Shown here: in pieces, positions 37,075 through 49,234 of the stretch
Layout of the letters: each line of letters starts with the position of its first letter
Position numbering within the stretch: position 1 is the first letter of the stretch
DNA from: Ginglymostoma cirratum
Lineage: Eukaryota
DNA: 64,000 bases
Direction of reading: 5' to 3'
Assembly: GCA_024137785.1 (NCBI GenBank)
Contig: JAHRHZ010000068.1
Coordinates: 1,173,609-1,237,608, forward strand
Made by a program: the position numbers and the translations under genes
Notes under the pieces: generated by a model
What the model was told of the DNA's origin: nothing
The model's input: the letters and a program-made list of their open reading frames with translations, nothing else
Databases searched by the model: none

Positions 37075-38559
37075 TAAGGAATTGTCTGATCCATCTTAAT
37101 GAAACACCATCTCTAATGCTCTTCTTTCTGCTTTTCTTTACTGCTGTGATATCCCCTCAAAGCCCACATTTTCAAACAAATACCCAGCCTCATCTCTTAA
37201 ACTTTCACCTATGACTCTAGGCCTGTTACCCTTACTATTTCTTTTTGAAGTGATTTGGGACATTAAATGTGAGCTGATGGCGTGGTCAATAGTATGTACC
37301 ATGGATCATTTCACAGGATATTACTACAAGTGAAACAGTGGAAAATTGAGTTCAAGCATCAGAAATCTATTGCTTCTCCTGGTGCATAGGTAATAAAGCC
37401 CATTTTGTAAATAAGAGAAGAATTTTATTAATGGCTACTGTGCAAGTGAATCATCCAAACTAGAAAGCTATGTTAGCAGGTAGCAACAGACTGTACTGCT
37501 TCAAAAATTCTTCACTCTTGAGTTGGAGGAAACAAACTCACTACAATGTAACAATTCAGTTACACCCACCAGAACTGTGATGGCTCCCATGATGGAGTAG
37601 ATTTCAACTTGACCAACAGGCATTTATGAAAATGAACCATTTGAATTAAATATTGAATTGTGAAAAGCCTTTTTTGGCTGCATTTCAGAAAAAGTTCATA
37701 GCTTTTGACAGGGAAACAAACATAGGTCAACATTAGTTTTGATTTGGAGGCAAGAAAATTTTGTCCTTTAGCCATTGCCGAATATTAATAGAAGCACTAA
37801 CTTCTTTGGCCAGAGCTTTTTTTCCTTCTGACTGCTATTCAGGCATCCTTACAAAAAGTGTGGATGTGGAAGAGTCAAACGCATACAGCAGTTGTCTCGG
37901 CTGTCCTGTCCCTTATAATCAAATAACTAGCTGATACTTACAGAATTGGCAGAAATGTAAGGAACCATCTTTTAAATCATGCAACAGAACACTGACCCCA
38001 TTGGATTTGGCCTCTAAGTGGACCTAGAAAAATCATGAATGTACAGTGGTAAGAGCCAGGGGGTATGCAAAGTCAAACAATTTAGTAAGTTCTTACAAAG
38101 CCAATATTTAAAAAAAAGGCTTTTATTCTTAATTGCTCCAAGTGCAAAAGACAAAGTACGCAAAGAGGATTTGCATTTAGTGAGTTTCAATTGGAAACAT
38201 TTCTTGTTCTACAGAAAATTGACTGCCTAAAGAAAGATGCATTAGATTCTTTAAATCAATTGTATTCTTGTTTAATAAGATGATTGACCTGTCAAAAGTA
38301 TTAGATATATTCAGATTATTCCTGTTACACTTTAGGTAAACTCAAATCCAAAAATGGAAAAATGTGATTACTACAAAAAATTAGAACATTTTTCAATCCC
38401 TTTCAATATCGTGAACAAAATAAAAATGTAGCTTGTTGGTGGATGAGATAAATATGTGAACAGAAGGTAGCTAAACCATGAGACCAAGTGAAGAGTTAAA
38501 TTAGTGTTTGGTTGATATTTAGTTAGTATTATTGCAGATGCAATTTCTCGAGCTCACCA

Positions 38560-39430
38560 GATTCAGGGATTATGCCTGTTGATTAGAAAATTGCAAACAT
38601 CACTCCATTATTTAAGATAACCCTGGTATCTAGAGAGCTGTTGGTTTAACATCAATTATGGAGAAGTTACTGTAATCTATCAACAGAGGCAGAATGAACA
38701 CTTGAACAAGTAGGAGCTGACCAAGAAGTGTCAACATGATTTCTGAAGAGTAGATCATGTCTATGTGACTTGACTGAATTTTTGAGTTGGTTGTTAACAT
38801 AGATGGACAGGGGAGCGTTGGTATATGTTATCCATATGAACTTTCAGTGGAAATTTCATACACACAAAACACTAATAGCAAGAATAAGAACTCAAAAATT
38901 GGAGGTAATCTTGTGGCAGGGGGTACTAATTTGTTAGGAAGTAGGAGACAGAAAGCATGCATAAAGTGCATGTGTTTTGACTGATGACATGTCATCTGAC
39001 GAGATGTGATGCTCCAGAGAGATCTTTGCTGGTGTCTAAGCTTTATCGATAAATTTCTTGAAGGAATAGTGAGTTACATACCGAAATTTGCCATTGGCTC
39101 TCAGTTAGGAATTACAGTGAATTATACAGATGGCAGGAGAAGGTCACAAAGTGATACATATAAATTAAGCAAGGGGGCAACAGTTTGAAAAAATGAAATT
39201 TGATGTGGGAAAGTAATCACCCACTTTGGATTCAAGAGGGCCAGGTCAATTTTTTTTAAAGAGTGAACTAAAATGAAGAAAAGTAACATTGGGTGCCAAG
39301 ATATATAAATCACTAAAAACTAATGGACAGGTACAAACTGTAATCAAAAAGTGCTAATGGAATATTGGCCATTGCCTCAAAGGTTTGGAATACACAATTT
39401 CAGTTGTACATAATCTTAGTCCGATCATAT
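38560..39430 (+). mobile_element. Degraded CR1 RT fragment
   Basis: 'gattagaaaattgcaaacatcactccattatttaag' (DWKIANITPLFK), then YR.V.LTS, SQH.F..RSC and KFA-like remnants. Confidence 0.7.
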
Positions 39431-39489
39431 CTGCAGTACTGTGCTCTGGAATACATTGTTATCTTTCATATAATGTATTGAACAATCAC

Positions 39490-39740
39490 CCATCTGCCTG
39501 GCAACTAAATGTAAACAATCCCATGGCACTACTTGAAGATGAACGAGGGTTTTCAGCTTCCCCAGCAGTTATTTCTCAATTAACGATTGTTACCAGTCAA
39601 CTCATTGTTCTGTGCATGTTACGTATATGATTGCCATTTTTTCAGCATAAAAAAAATGAAGAGACCACAAATTCAAAAGTAATGAATTAGCTGTGAAGTA
39701 TTATAGAGTATCTTGTGGGTATAAAATACGTGATCATAAA
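39490..39740 (+). mobile_element. Degraded DeuSINE (SacSINE1/AmnSINE1-like)
   Basis: 'atgtaaacaatcccatggcactacttgaagatgaacgagggtt' matches the recalled Deu-domain core (gatgtaaaagatcccatggcactattt.gaagaagagcagggg). Later 'ttcaaaagtaatgaattagctgtgaagt'. Confidence 0.65.
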
Positions 39741-39759
39741 CCTCTACCTTATTTACAAT

Positions 39760-40140
39760 ATGCCTAAAACAATGGCCAAGGGCATGGTGCCCACAAAGGG
39801 TCCCAAGAAAGCAGCAACCAAGAAGCATGTCAAAGGCGAGAAGAAGTGTAGGAAAAGTTGGAAGGAGAGCTACAGCATCTACATCTACAAGGTGCTGAAG
39901 CAGGTCTACCCAGACACTGGCATCTCCTCCTCCGCTATAAGTGTTATCAATCCGCTCATCAACAGCATTTTCAAGCTCGTCGGCTGCAATGCCTCCCACC
40001 TCATCTGCTACAGCAAGTGGCAGACTATCTCCTCCTGGGAGACAGAGACCACAGTCTGCCTGTTGCTGCCCAGGGAGCTGGTCAGACACACTGTCTCTGT
40101 GGGTACCAAGGCAGTCACCAAGTACACCAGCTGCAAATGA
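39760..40140 (+). pseudogene. H2B: Isolated divergent histone H2B; open 126-codon frame, probably a pseudogene
   Basis: MPKTMAKG...[23 protein letters not shown]...[26 protein letters not shown] is colinear with H2B from ATG to TGA. Many conserved Arg residues are changed to Cys/Trp/His. No histone 3' stem-loop and no neighbouring histone genes. H2B homology is near certain; pseudogene status is inferred. Confidence 0.85.
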
Positions 40141-40193
40141 AGCATCTCATCAGACAATATTAGGACAGAGAATAAAATAACTAAACTGCACTC

Positions 40194-40393
40194 AGAGATA
40201 GCAAGAACCACAGATGCTGGAGTCAGAGTCAATACAGTGCGGAGCTGGAGGAACAGACAGGCCAGGCAGTATCAGAGGAGCAGGACAGTACACATTTCAT
40301 CAGTCCAGATGAACAGTCTAGGCCCGAAACGTCAACTCTCCTGTTCCTCTGATACTGCCTGACCTGCTGTGTTCCTTCAGCTCCATACCGTAT
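40194..40393. mobile_element. Short fold-back Penelope-type element, subfamily 1
   Basis: ~58-bp inverted arms (40231-40289 and 40335-40394) around 'cagatgaacagtctaggcccgaaacgtc'. Imperfect flanking repeat taactaaactgca (40178-40190) / taactaaaataca (40394-40406). Confidence 0.72.
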
Positions 40394-41302
40394 TAACTAA
40401 AATACATGGTAAATATTTTCTAATCAACCTATTCAGAGATATTACTACATATCCTTGCAGCAGATGGTACTGGTGTGTTTTGCCTATTTCTATCTAAGCA
40501 GTGCTTAAAATCCAATAGTTTATTTCTCCTAAATTTGATCCCAGTGTGAAGCCTGCTCATTTTGTTGCTCTAATGAAGGTTGAAGCTAGTCAACGTATTC
40601 TTTGACAGGCTGAAATCAACACTATTCAGCTGCTAAAGGATGAAATGACAGCTTATGAATTCAGTCTTGCTTGGATTGTGCACTTCTTTCATCCTTTCTT
40701 CCCATTCAACGTTCTATTTTGATACTTTCTTTGAATATAATTATTGAGACAAAGGACCAGTTTCATAAATATAAATGATTAACAAGGCTTAAATTTCTTG
40801 AAGAAAGATTTAAACTGCCGTAATATTGATCACGCTTAATATTTTATTTGTGAGGTCTAATTTTAAATGGTTAGTACTGTTTGACCAATATAAGCATCTG
40901 CCCTTAATATCTCCAGACAACGTACGTGCTTGTGACAGTAACTGCAAGTCATTTCTTTTAACATTGGGAATCTTGGGTATTTTCTCTGCCAGAGTAGTTC
41001 CTGGAAGGTTTTCTTTATATGGCTCATGCTGATATTATCCTATTTAATTGCATGGGACAAAAGTATTTACGAAAGAAAACTAAACAGTCAAAGGATAACC
41101 TCCTCCTTTCCTTAAAGAATAAATTAATGACAAGTTATATAAGAAGGATGTTGTTTGAGGTACTTAGATTATAGGGACTAAGGATTTTTATGTGCTCAGT
41201 AAGGAAAGCACAGAATCATTATTCTCTATGTTGACAGGCAACTGAGCTCTTGCATTCCCTCTGCCAAATATTTTTCCTGTACAAGGCTTAAAATGGCCAA
41301 GA

Positions 41303-41456
41303 TTAAAGACAGAATACTATTGATGCTGGAAATCTGAATCAAATGTAGAAAATACGAAGAAATTCAGCAGGTTATATCGGACACAAAAGTTAACTCTTTC
41401 TCTCTCCACAGATGCTGCTAGACCTGCAGAGTTTCTCCAGAATGTTCAGTGTTTAT
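41303..41456. mobile_element. Short fold-back Penelope-type element, subfamily 2
   Basis: Arms homologous to the 30233 and 36919 copies, core largely deleted. 15-bp flanking repeat ttaaaatggccaaga (41288-41302) / ttaaaatggtcagga (41457-41471). Confidence 0.68.
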
Positions 41457-43019
41457 TTAAAATGGTCAGGAATTGTCTATAATTTCAACTATCTCTTCCA
41501 TTTGGTACTAGTTATGATAGTTTTGATATAACTCGCTCTCACTTTGCCACTGCTTGGTTACAGACTAGTCATTTGATTTCCATATTATGATTTGCTTCTT
41601 CCTGCATTACTGAACTATTTATTGAGGAATTTATCTTTTATATTTTTATCATTTTATAATTGTATAATTTCTCTTCTTATATGAAGTGGTGGACAGTATC
41701 TTTTCTCTGTAAACTGATTGCAGGGGTGCTCCTTCTTCCACTTCAGGTAAATACACAGTGACTACCTCTGCACAAATTGCTCTGGAAGTTTAAACTTGCA
41801 ATGGGTGATTATCCGGCACTGGAAGGCTCCAAAGAGGTCCCAACGCTGAGTTAGAATCAGATAGTTCAAAGGGTTCTGATTGATTTAGCATAACAGTACC
41901 CAGGAAACCCTGCTCTGACTTCTGGTTAACTATTAAAAATGACACCTCGCCCTGAACCATCAATGACACCCAACCCCAGTCTAACCCTTGACTCCCACCT
42001 GAATCCCTAAATTCCCAACCTGATCCAAACCCTGACTTCCTGATCCACAACCAGGAATCCAGCTCCTGCTGACCTCAGGGAATCCCCGCAAATCCCCAAT
42101 ACCACCCACTCCCAACTCTTCACAGGTCCAAATCTCCTGATAGATTACACCTGGACTGACTTTTCCCATTCCATCAACCCACAATACCAACAACCAAACC
42201 AATCCCTCTACCCCACCATCCCCATTAAGACCAGTGCCAAAATACCATAAGCACTTATCCACTCACCTGCCACCTTGACTCCCATTCACTGGGCAACCAA
42301 TACCCTCCAACCACCAACAATGAGTAACCACACTCACCTGTTACTCCAACAGCTCATACAGCTGGGACCCTAACCCTTATCCACCTTCCACTCTTATTCC
42401 CTCAGCTACCTGGCACCCTACTACTAACCACCTCCCAACCTTAAATCCTCACCTATCTGTGCTGGTGAGGGTCAGCTGAGTTGGAGATCAGGTTATGTTG
42501 GATTGTGGCAAACTCAAGGGAATAGGTGTCAGTAATTTGGAGGCATTGAGGTGGTGGTCAGGTATCAATTTGAGGTCGGTCCTAGTGGGCCTTGTGAATC
42601 AGGGCTGACTGGGAATTTCTTCCTTTCTGTTTGCTGGTATTAGTTTGCACATTGATAATCAACCTGTATTTTATGAGCACACCTTCCTTGGTCATCAGCT
42701 CCTGGGATAGGAGTTGAACTCGGAGCTTCTAGCTTAAGTGCAACTGAAGACCTCATTGTCATCCAGCAGCTCACCTCAAAATCCTAGCAAAGTACAAGAG
42801 CCTAGATCAGAGGCAAAGCTAAATCCTTGATGCTGACTCTACAAAATAGTGTACCACTACACCTTTTAAGAATTCCCCCAATATCAATATAGATAATTTG
42901 AAGTCCGTCAATCGTATTTCAGAGTTCATACATTGAAATCAGTTTCAGCACCAACAAATTAATCATTCCTTCTTCATAAAAAAAACAGGCAAAATGAGAA
43001 GAGGTTGCTAGTTACAATA

Positions 43020-43153
43020 AAATAAAAGTACTGCCAATACCGTAAATCAGAAACAAAAACGAATACAGAAATTGCTAGAAAATCTCAGCAGGTCTGGCAT
43101 TATCTGTGGAGAGAAAGCAGAGTTAATGTAATGTGTCCAGTGACCCTTCAGAA
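43020..43153 (-). mobile_element. Short Penelope-type element, subfamily 2 (single arm)
   Basis: Reverse complement of 30285-30410 ('ttctgaagggtcactggacac...attaactctgctttctctccacag'). No clear TSD. Confidence 0.65.
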
Positions 43154-43384
43154 TAGTAATTTTCTGACCTTCATGTGACCTGGCCAATAGCCATGAAGAG
43201 GAACTGAGGAGCTGAAAAACTGCTAAAGAAACTTTACTCGTATTAATTAGCCTTTCATTGACCGCAGGATAGGTTGGAGAAATTTGGAAAATTTGAGTAA
43301 AAGAACAAGGCAGTAGTAGAGGGCGGCAATATGTCTAATGATAACCAGAGTCACAGGAGGTAACAGTGTGTACAAACACTAAAA

Positions 43385-45670
43385 CGCAGGATCTGGGTGT
43401 CCTGGTACATGAATCACAAAATGTTAGAATGCAAATATAAGAGGTGATTCAGAAGGAAAAGGGGATATTATCATATGTTGAAGGGGAATGGAATACATAA
43501 GTAGGGATATTTTGCTACAGTTGTACAAGGTATTAATAAAACAACATTTTGAGTGTTATGTATCATTTTAGTCTCTTTATTTAGGAAAGTACATAATTGG
43601 ATTAGACGTGGTTCACAGAAGATTCACTTGACTAATTCCTAGGATGAAAAGTTACCCTATGAAGGAAGCTTGCACAGTTTAGACCTGTATCCATAAGAAT
43701 GTAGAAGATTGAGAGGTGATCTTATTGGAATATTGTTGCTGAAAAGACATTGTAAAGATAAGGCCAGCAATTACAGACCAGTCAGTTAACTCTGGTAATA
43801 GGGAAACTTTTACAAACAGTAACCCACAGTAGTCCTGATGAAGTGTGTAAACCCGAAACAGCGACTTTCCCGCTTCTCTAGTACTGCGGGACCTGCTGTG
43901 TTCCTCCAACTCCACACTGTATCAACGCACAGCAGTGTGGTTGGCTCTTAACTGCCCTCTGGGATGGGCAATAAATGCTGGCCCAGGCAGCAATTCCCTC
44001 ATTTCATGGATGAACAAGACAAAATGTTCAGGATAGGATTAATAATCACACAGAGAAATGCTGGTTAATTTGGAAGAGTCAGCATGGATTTATTAAGGGA
44101 AAATCCTGTCTAACTAATTTGCTGGAATTTTTTTGAAAATAAATTGTTGATTACAGCAATGCTGTTCAAAAAGGCACTCAAATCAGTGCCACACAATTGA
44201 CTTGTGAGAAAATTATAGCTCATGGAATAAAAGGGACAGTAGTAACAGATACAAAACTGGCTGAGAGATGGGAAACAGGGAGTCTTGGTTAATGGGTTTT
44301 TTTTGGACTGGAGGAAGATTTCTGTAGGAGTTCCCCAAAAGTATTGGGACTTTTGCTTTTTCTGACATATGTATAGAAATAATCTAGATTTTAGTATGCA
44401 GGGAGCAATTTTAAAATTTTCAAATACAAAACTTGGGAGTACTATAAACTGTGAGGAGGACAGTGTAAAACTGTAAAAGGACATTGACAAGTTGAGGGAT
44501 GGACAGGTAGGTAGCAGATGAAGTTCAATGCAAAGTAATGTGAAGTGATACATTTTGGTACGGAGAATATAGGGAGACATTATGAAATAAAAGGCATTAT
44601 TCTCAAGGCTGTGCAGGAGCAGAGAGACCTGGGTGTGTCTGAGCATAAATCATTGAAAGTACCATTAAAGGGACAGCAGTAAATAAAGCATTCATTATTT
44701 CTGGTTTCATTAATATGGCATAGAGTACAGGAGCTGGAGATTATGTTGAACTTAAATAGGACACTAGTCAGACCTTATCTGGAGCACTGTGTATGGTTCT
44801 GGATCCACACTATAGGAAAGATATGAACATATTGGAGAGAGTGCCAAAGAGGTTTATGAGAATGATTCCAAAGATGAAAAACTTCAGGTATGAGGAGAGA
44901 TTGGACAAGTTGGACAGTTTGTCTTGAATATGAGAAGGTAAAGAGGAGATCTGCTAGAAGTTTTAAAGATCATGAACAGAGTGGCTAGGTAGACCAAGAA
45001 ACAGATCAAGAATGAAAGGACACAAATTTATAATATTTTGGACAAGAAGCAAACAAAAGATGGAAAAAATTCATTTAGTCAGTTGTCAGGGTATGGAAAT
45101 CACCACCTTCAGTGTGATGGGGGCAGGTTAACTTGACATATTCAAAACAACATTAGATGATTATTTAAATAAAAACAAAGTGCTGCATTCTGAGAAAAGA
45201 ACAGGAGATTGGCTGAAAGCCAATATGCTCAGAGGGCTGGTACAGGAATGATGGCTGAAGGCCTCCTTCTGCACCATAACAATTCCAAGATTCTGTGATA
45301 ACATCCTGAATGGACTTGACAGGTTGGATACTTTAAAAAATTTTCCACTTGTGGCAGAGACTAGAACTAGGAGACACAGGATAGAAATGAGAGATTTGCC
45401 CATTTAACACGAACTCGAGGAGAATTTTTTTTCTCTCTCAGAGAGGTGTCAGTTTGGGGAATTCTCCTCCCAGATAGCCATGAAGGCAAGAACTTTGAAT
45501 ATTTTTAAGGTAGAGGTAGACAGGTTCAGATCTACAAGGGAGACAAAGGGTATTGGGAAAAGCCGTGAATGGAGTTGAGGTAAAATCAGAACATCCATGA
45601 TCTTATCAAATCCCAGAGCAGACTTGAGGGCTCTACTCTGATTGGCCCTTCCTGCTCCTAATTTGTATTC
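43385..45670 (+). mobile_element. Stack of CR1 ORF2/3' fragments (43385-43755, 44030-45285, 45295-45670)
   Basis: Motifs RDLGVLVHES.., SQHGFIKGKSCLTNLLEFF, GVP, LVRPYLEHCVWFW.PHYRKD and two separate 3' UTR ends. Confidence 0.85.
43834..43923 (+). mobile_element. Short Penelope-type element with hammerhead-like core, subfamily 1-like
   Basis: 'ctgatgaagtgtgtaaacccgaaacag'. 13-bp flanking repeat aacccacagtagt (43821-43833) / aacgcacagcagt (43924-43936). Followed by a family A SINE tail to ~44020. Confidence 0.68.
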
Positions 45671-45879
45671 TTATATGCAAAAGTGGACCAGCAAATGCAG
45701 TCAAAGTGAGGAAAAATGGCTTTAATCTAACCGGAAGCGGGTTTGGGTCAAAAGAAATATTCAAGAACAAAAGTTGAGACAACGGGAATGTATTCAATGT
45801 TGGTAAAGACAAGCTGGCGAGGAGAGAAAGAAACAGAGTTTAACAACATTAGTCCGTCGAAGAGTAAGATACATACAAG

Positions 45880-47400
45880 GAACAGTAGTTAAAAAATTAC
45901 ATTTATTTGTATGCATGGAGTGTCCACAAAAAAGATTGATGCACTGGTGGTACAAATAGAAATAACTGATTTGTGCTTAATTGACATTACAGAGACATAG
46001 TTAAAGATGGCCAAAATTGAGAAATGGAGAGTCGAGGGTGCACAAAAAGACAGAGAGAATGGAGAAGGAAATACAATAGCCATGATAATAATGTATGACG
46101 TAAGAAAGGATCTTGGCTCAGAAAAGCAGGAAATAGAACCAGTATGGGTGGGGTAATCAGGAATGGCTAGGGTCAGTAAAACAGATGGACAGAGAATTGA
46201 ATAAATTACTGGAGTTTAAAACAAAGACAATGGAATGGTTGTGGGAGAATCTTTATATGGATGGGACCAATCAAATTGACCATGGTGATCTGAAAGATGA
46301 GTTTGTAATGTCTTCAAGATAGTCTGCTGCAGATTATATTGTGGGACCAACCAGGGATAAAGTTCTTTTAGATCTAATATTGTGCAATGACATTGTAATC
46401 AGTTATGTCATAGTTAAAATCCACTGAGAAAGAGGGAACAAAAAAAATATATTTAAATTCCATATTCAGTTTGAAAATGACATCCTCCAATCATAAACAA
46501 TGACCTTAAGTTTAAAGCCAATTACATAGGCATGTGAGGACAACTGACTTAGGTTGTTTGGGTCAATAGACTGAAAGGTATGCTGTTTTAAAAAATGGGA
46601 TAATGTAAAGAAACAATTTAAATGTTTAACAAAATGCATTCCATTGAAAGGTAACAACTCCACAAGAAAGATCCAAACATGCCTTACAAAAGAGGTTAAA
46701 GACAATATTAGTTTAAAAGGTGAGGTCTTTGAACATTGCAAAGAATAGTTGTCTGTCTGAGAATTGTGGGTATTTTAGAAAACAACAGAAGGACCACTAA
46801 AAAGTTAACAATTATTGAAAAAGTAGAATGTAAGAGTAAACTCATCAGGAATAAGTTTGTCTGTTAGAGAGGGGGGCAGAAGAAATTATTGTGGGTTGGA
46901 GGATATGGCAGAGACATTGCACAAACATTTTGTGAGGGAGACAGAAGTCAGCAGAGTTAAAGTACTGGGAGAAACTTGAGGGATTAAAATCCAACATCTC
47001 CAGGACCTGAGGGCCTATAGTGAGAAATGGTCTCAACAAATTGGAAGCTAGCAAATATAACACAACGATTCAAAAAAAGTGGGTCAGCGACAAAAGGGAA
47101 GCATAGGCCAGTAATCCTGACATCAGTCATTGGGTAAATGCTGAAATCTGTTGTTAAGGAAGACTTAACAATGCACACATAAAGCACAGTATACATAGAA
47201 CAAGTCAGCATCGTTCTGTGAAACAGAAATCCTGTTTGACAAATTTATTAGAGGTCTAGATGTATTGGGTAGGATGGATAACAACATGGAAAAGTTGGAT
47301 TTCCAAAAATCATTCAATAAGGTTAATACACAAGACAAGGGCTCAAGTAGTTGTGAATGTTATATTAACAAGGGTAGAAGACAGGAGTAGTTATCGGCTA
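45880..47400 (+). mobile_element. Degraded CR1 ORF2 fragment from the APE endonuclease into the RT
   Basis: Start resembles Y.NARS..NK.D.L..QIE...D.I.ITET; later PTRDK..LDLILCN, then .RPVILTSVIG.MLKS and SCLTNLLE. Confidence 0.75.
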
Positions 47401-47939
47401 AACATTACAAGTATGTGCATAAAACTACAGGACATGGAATAGACAGAGAATAGATGTACCCTGAAAGATTTGTGTGGCTCCTGATGCACTGACTACAAGT
47501 TAATTGCCTGCAAAGTTTAAGCTTTCAAAAGACAATTACCTTCTATTGCTGTAAAAAATGGGATGCAATTTGGCCTTTAATGTTGATCGTGTGCTGAGTG
47601 GTTTCCCATGATGGAAGAATCCAGGACAAGCCAAATGGGCTGTAAAAATCACTGACAGGTAAGTGGGCAATCTTTAATAGGACGAGCATCAATTGGATCT
47701 GTTCTGACAATAACTGGAAGATTTTGGTCATGCTGTTCATTCTTGTGTGGATAGTGGCAATGTTTAGTGCCATGGTGATCAAATCAGTGATAAACATTTC
47801 AGCCACACTCTGGACTGGCAGTTTCCAGTGCAATAGTTGCAGAGGAAGACAGTGAGCAGAGAAGGTGTACAATTCACCTGTCTCTCTTTTCTCTGGGTCC
47901 TCTTCTCACCCAACTGAGCTTTTTATATCTGCTCAACTG

Positions 47940-49020
47940 ATCTGGTGGCCTTCCAAGCAATCATCCTCTAGACAACAGCGATGATCTCCCAGTTTTCAGT
48001 GTCAATGTCTGCTATCTTCTTATCTTGATTGGAGGTGTCCTTGTAGCAGAGATATCGACACCCAGGAAATCATCACACAGTTGCCACTTCATTCTGCAGT
48101 CTTTAGATGCGCAGCCATCTTCCATCTGATGAATGTGACTGAGTCAGTACAAATGAATTGGCTTCATAACGAGTCAATGCTGATGGAATAAATATGCTCC
48201 AGGATCTTTGAGTCGGTGATCCTGTCCTGTCAAAAGATGCCAGGAATGCACCTGGGACAACAAAGGTGAAAGCTGCATGGGCTTCTCTCCTGCCTAGCAC
48301 ATGTTGTCCATGTCTCATCGCCATAGAACAGTGTGCTGAGGACACAGGTTTGATAATTTGCAGTTTGACATTGTTCCATGCTGTCTACTCAGCTTGGACT
48401 TAATAGCTGCAGCTTTTGTGATGTGTGTGTTGATTCCAGTATCAAGTGACAGATTGGTGATGATTGTTGAGCTTTGAAATGTGAAGTCATCAAGCCATCA
48501 ACAACTTCCAGTCGCGCATTATCAATGCTGACAATGACAGTTTGGCAGCATATCCTGGACAATTGCATGTACTTTCCTGTTGCTTATTGTAAAACTAAAT
48601 TCTTTACAGGCACGACAGAGTCTACCCATTTGCCACTGGAAGTACTCCTCAGTTTGGAATGTTAGTCTGGCATCATCAGTGTGGAGCAACTCTCTGATGA
48701 AGACTCAGCATACCTTTGACATGGATTTCCAGTGAACAAGTGTGAACAGCTTTCTACCAATCTCCGTAGCTGACCTAGAAGTATATGGCAGCAGCCAAGA
48801 GAAAAAAAGCTAAAAAGTGTCTGTGCCTAAATGCAACACTTTTTGGTCCCATTGTTGATCTCAAAAGGTTCTGTTTTTGTCCTCTCATAGCTGATTTATC
48901 CGTGCTGTTGTCATAGAAAGAGGCGATCCCATTGAACAGCTTCAGTGGGCAGGCAGTTTTCTTTAGGAGCTTAAATAAACAACCTCTGCTCACAAAGTTC
49001 AATGTTGTTGAGATTAATGG
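47940..49020 (-). mobile_element. RTE-clade LINE fragment
   Basis: Minus strand gives VLSTLFYGDETWTTCARQER....FHLCCPRCILASF-DRITDSKILE, then HIHQMEDG.RI.KD and RYLCYKDT, typical of the RTE RT C-terminal region. Frameshifted. Confidence 0.75.
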
Positions 49021-49037
49021 AGTCAATATTGTGATCT

Positions 49038-49234
49038 TCAGATAAAAACATAAAGTGTGGGAAGATCTCAGCGGGTCTGGCAGGATCTGTGGAAAGTGAA
49101 ACAAAGTTTGGAATTCTTGAGTCCCAAAGAACCATCATGCTGGATTTGAAATGTTAACTCTGCAGATCTATTAGGTTACTCTAACACTTCCTGTTTTTAG
49201 TTCAGATCTCCAGTATCTGCTGTATTTGGCTTTG
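49038..49234. mobile_element. Short fold-back Penelope-type element, subfamily 2, degraded
   Basis: Arms homologous to the other subfamily 2 copies. 12-bp flanking repeat atattgtgatct (49026-49037) / atatagtggtct (49235-49246). Confidence 0.62.

Noticed and set aside
39673-40232. Overlapping antisense and alternative-frame ORFs
   Set aside because: Shadows of the GC-rich H2B codon pattern.
41940-42600. C-rich then G-rich tract as a coding or structured element
   Set aside because: Low-complexity sequence with no defined repeat unit or precise complementarity. Probably the interior of a decayed repeat.
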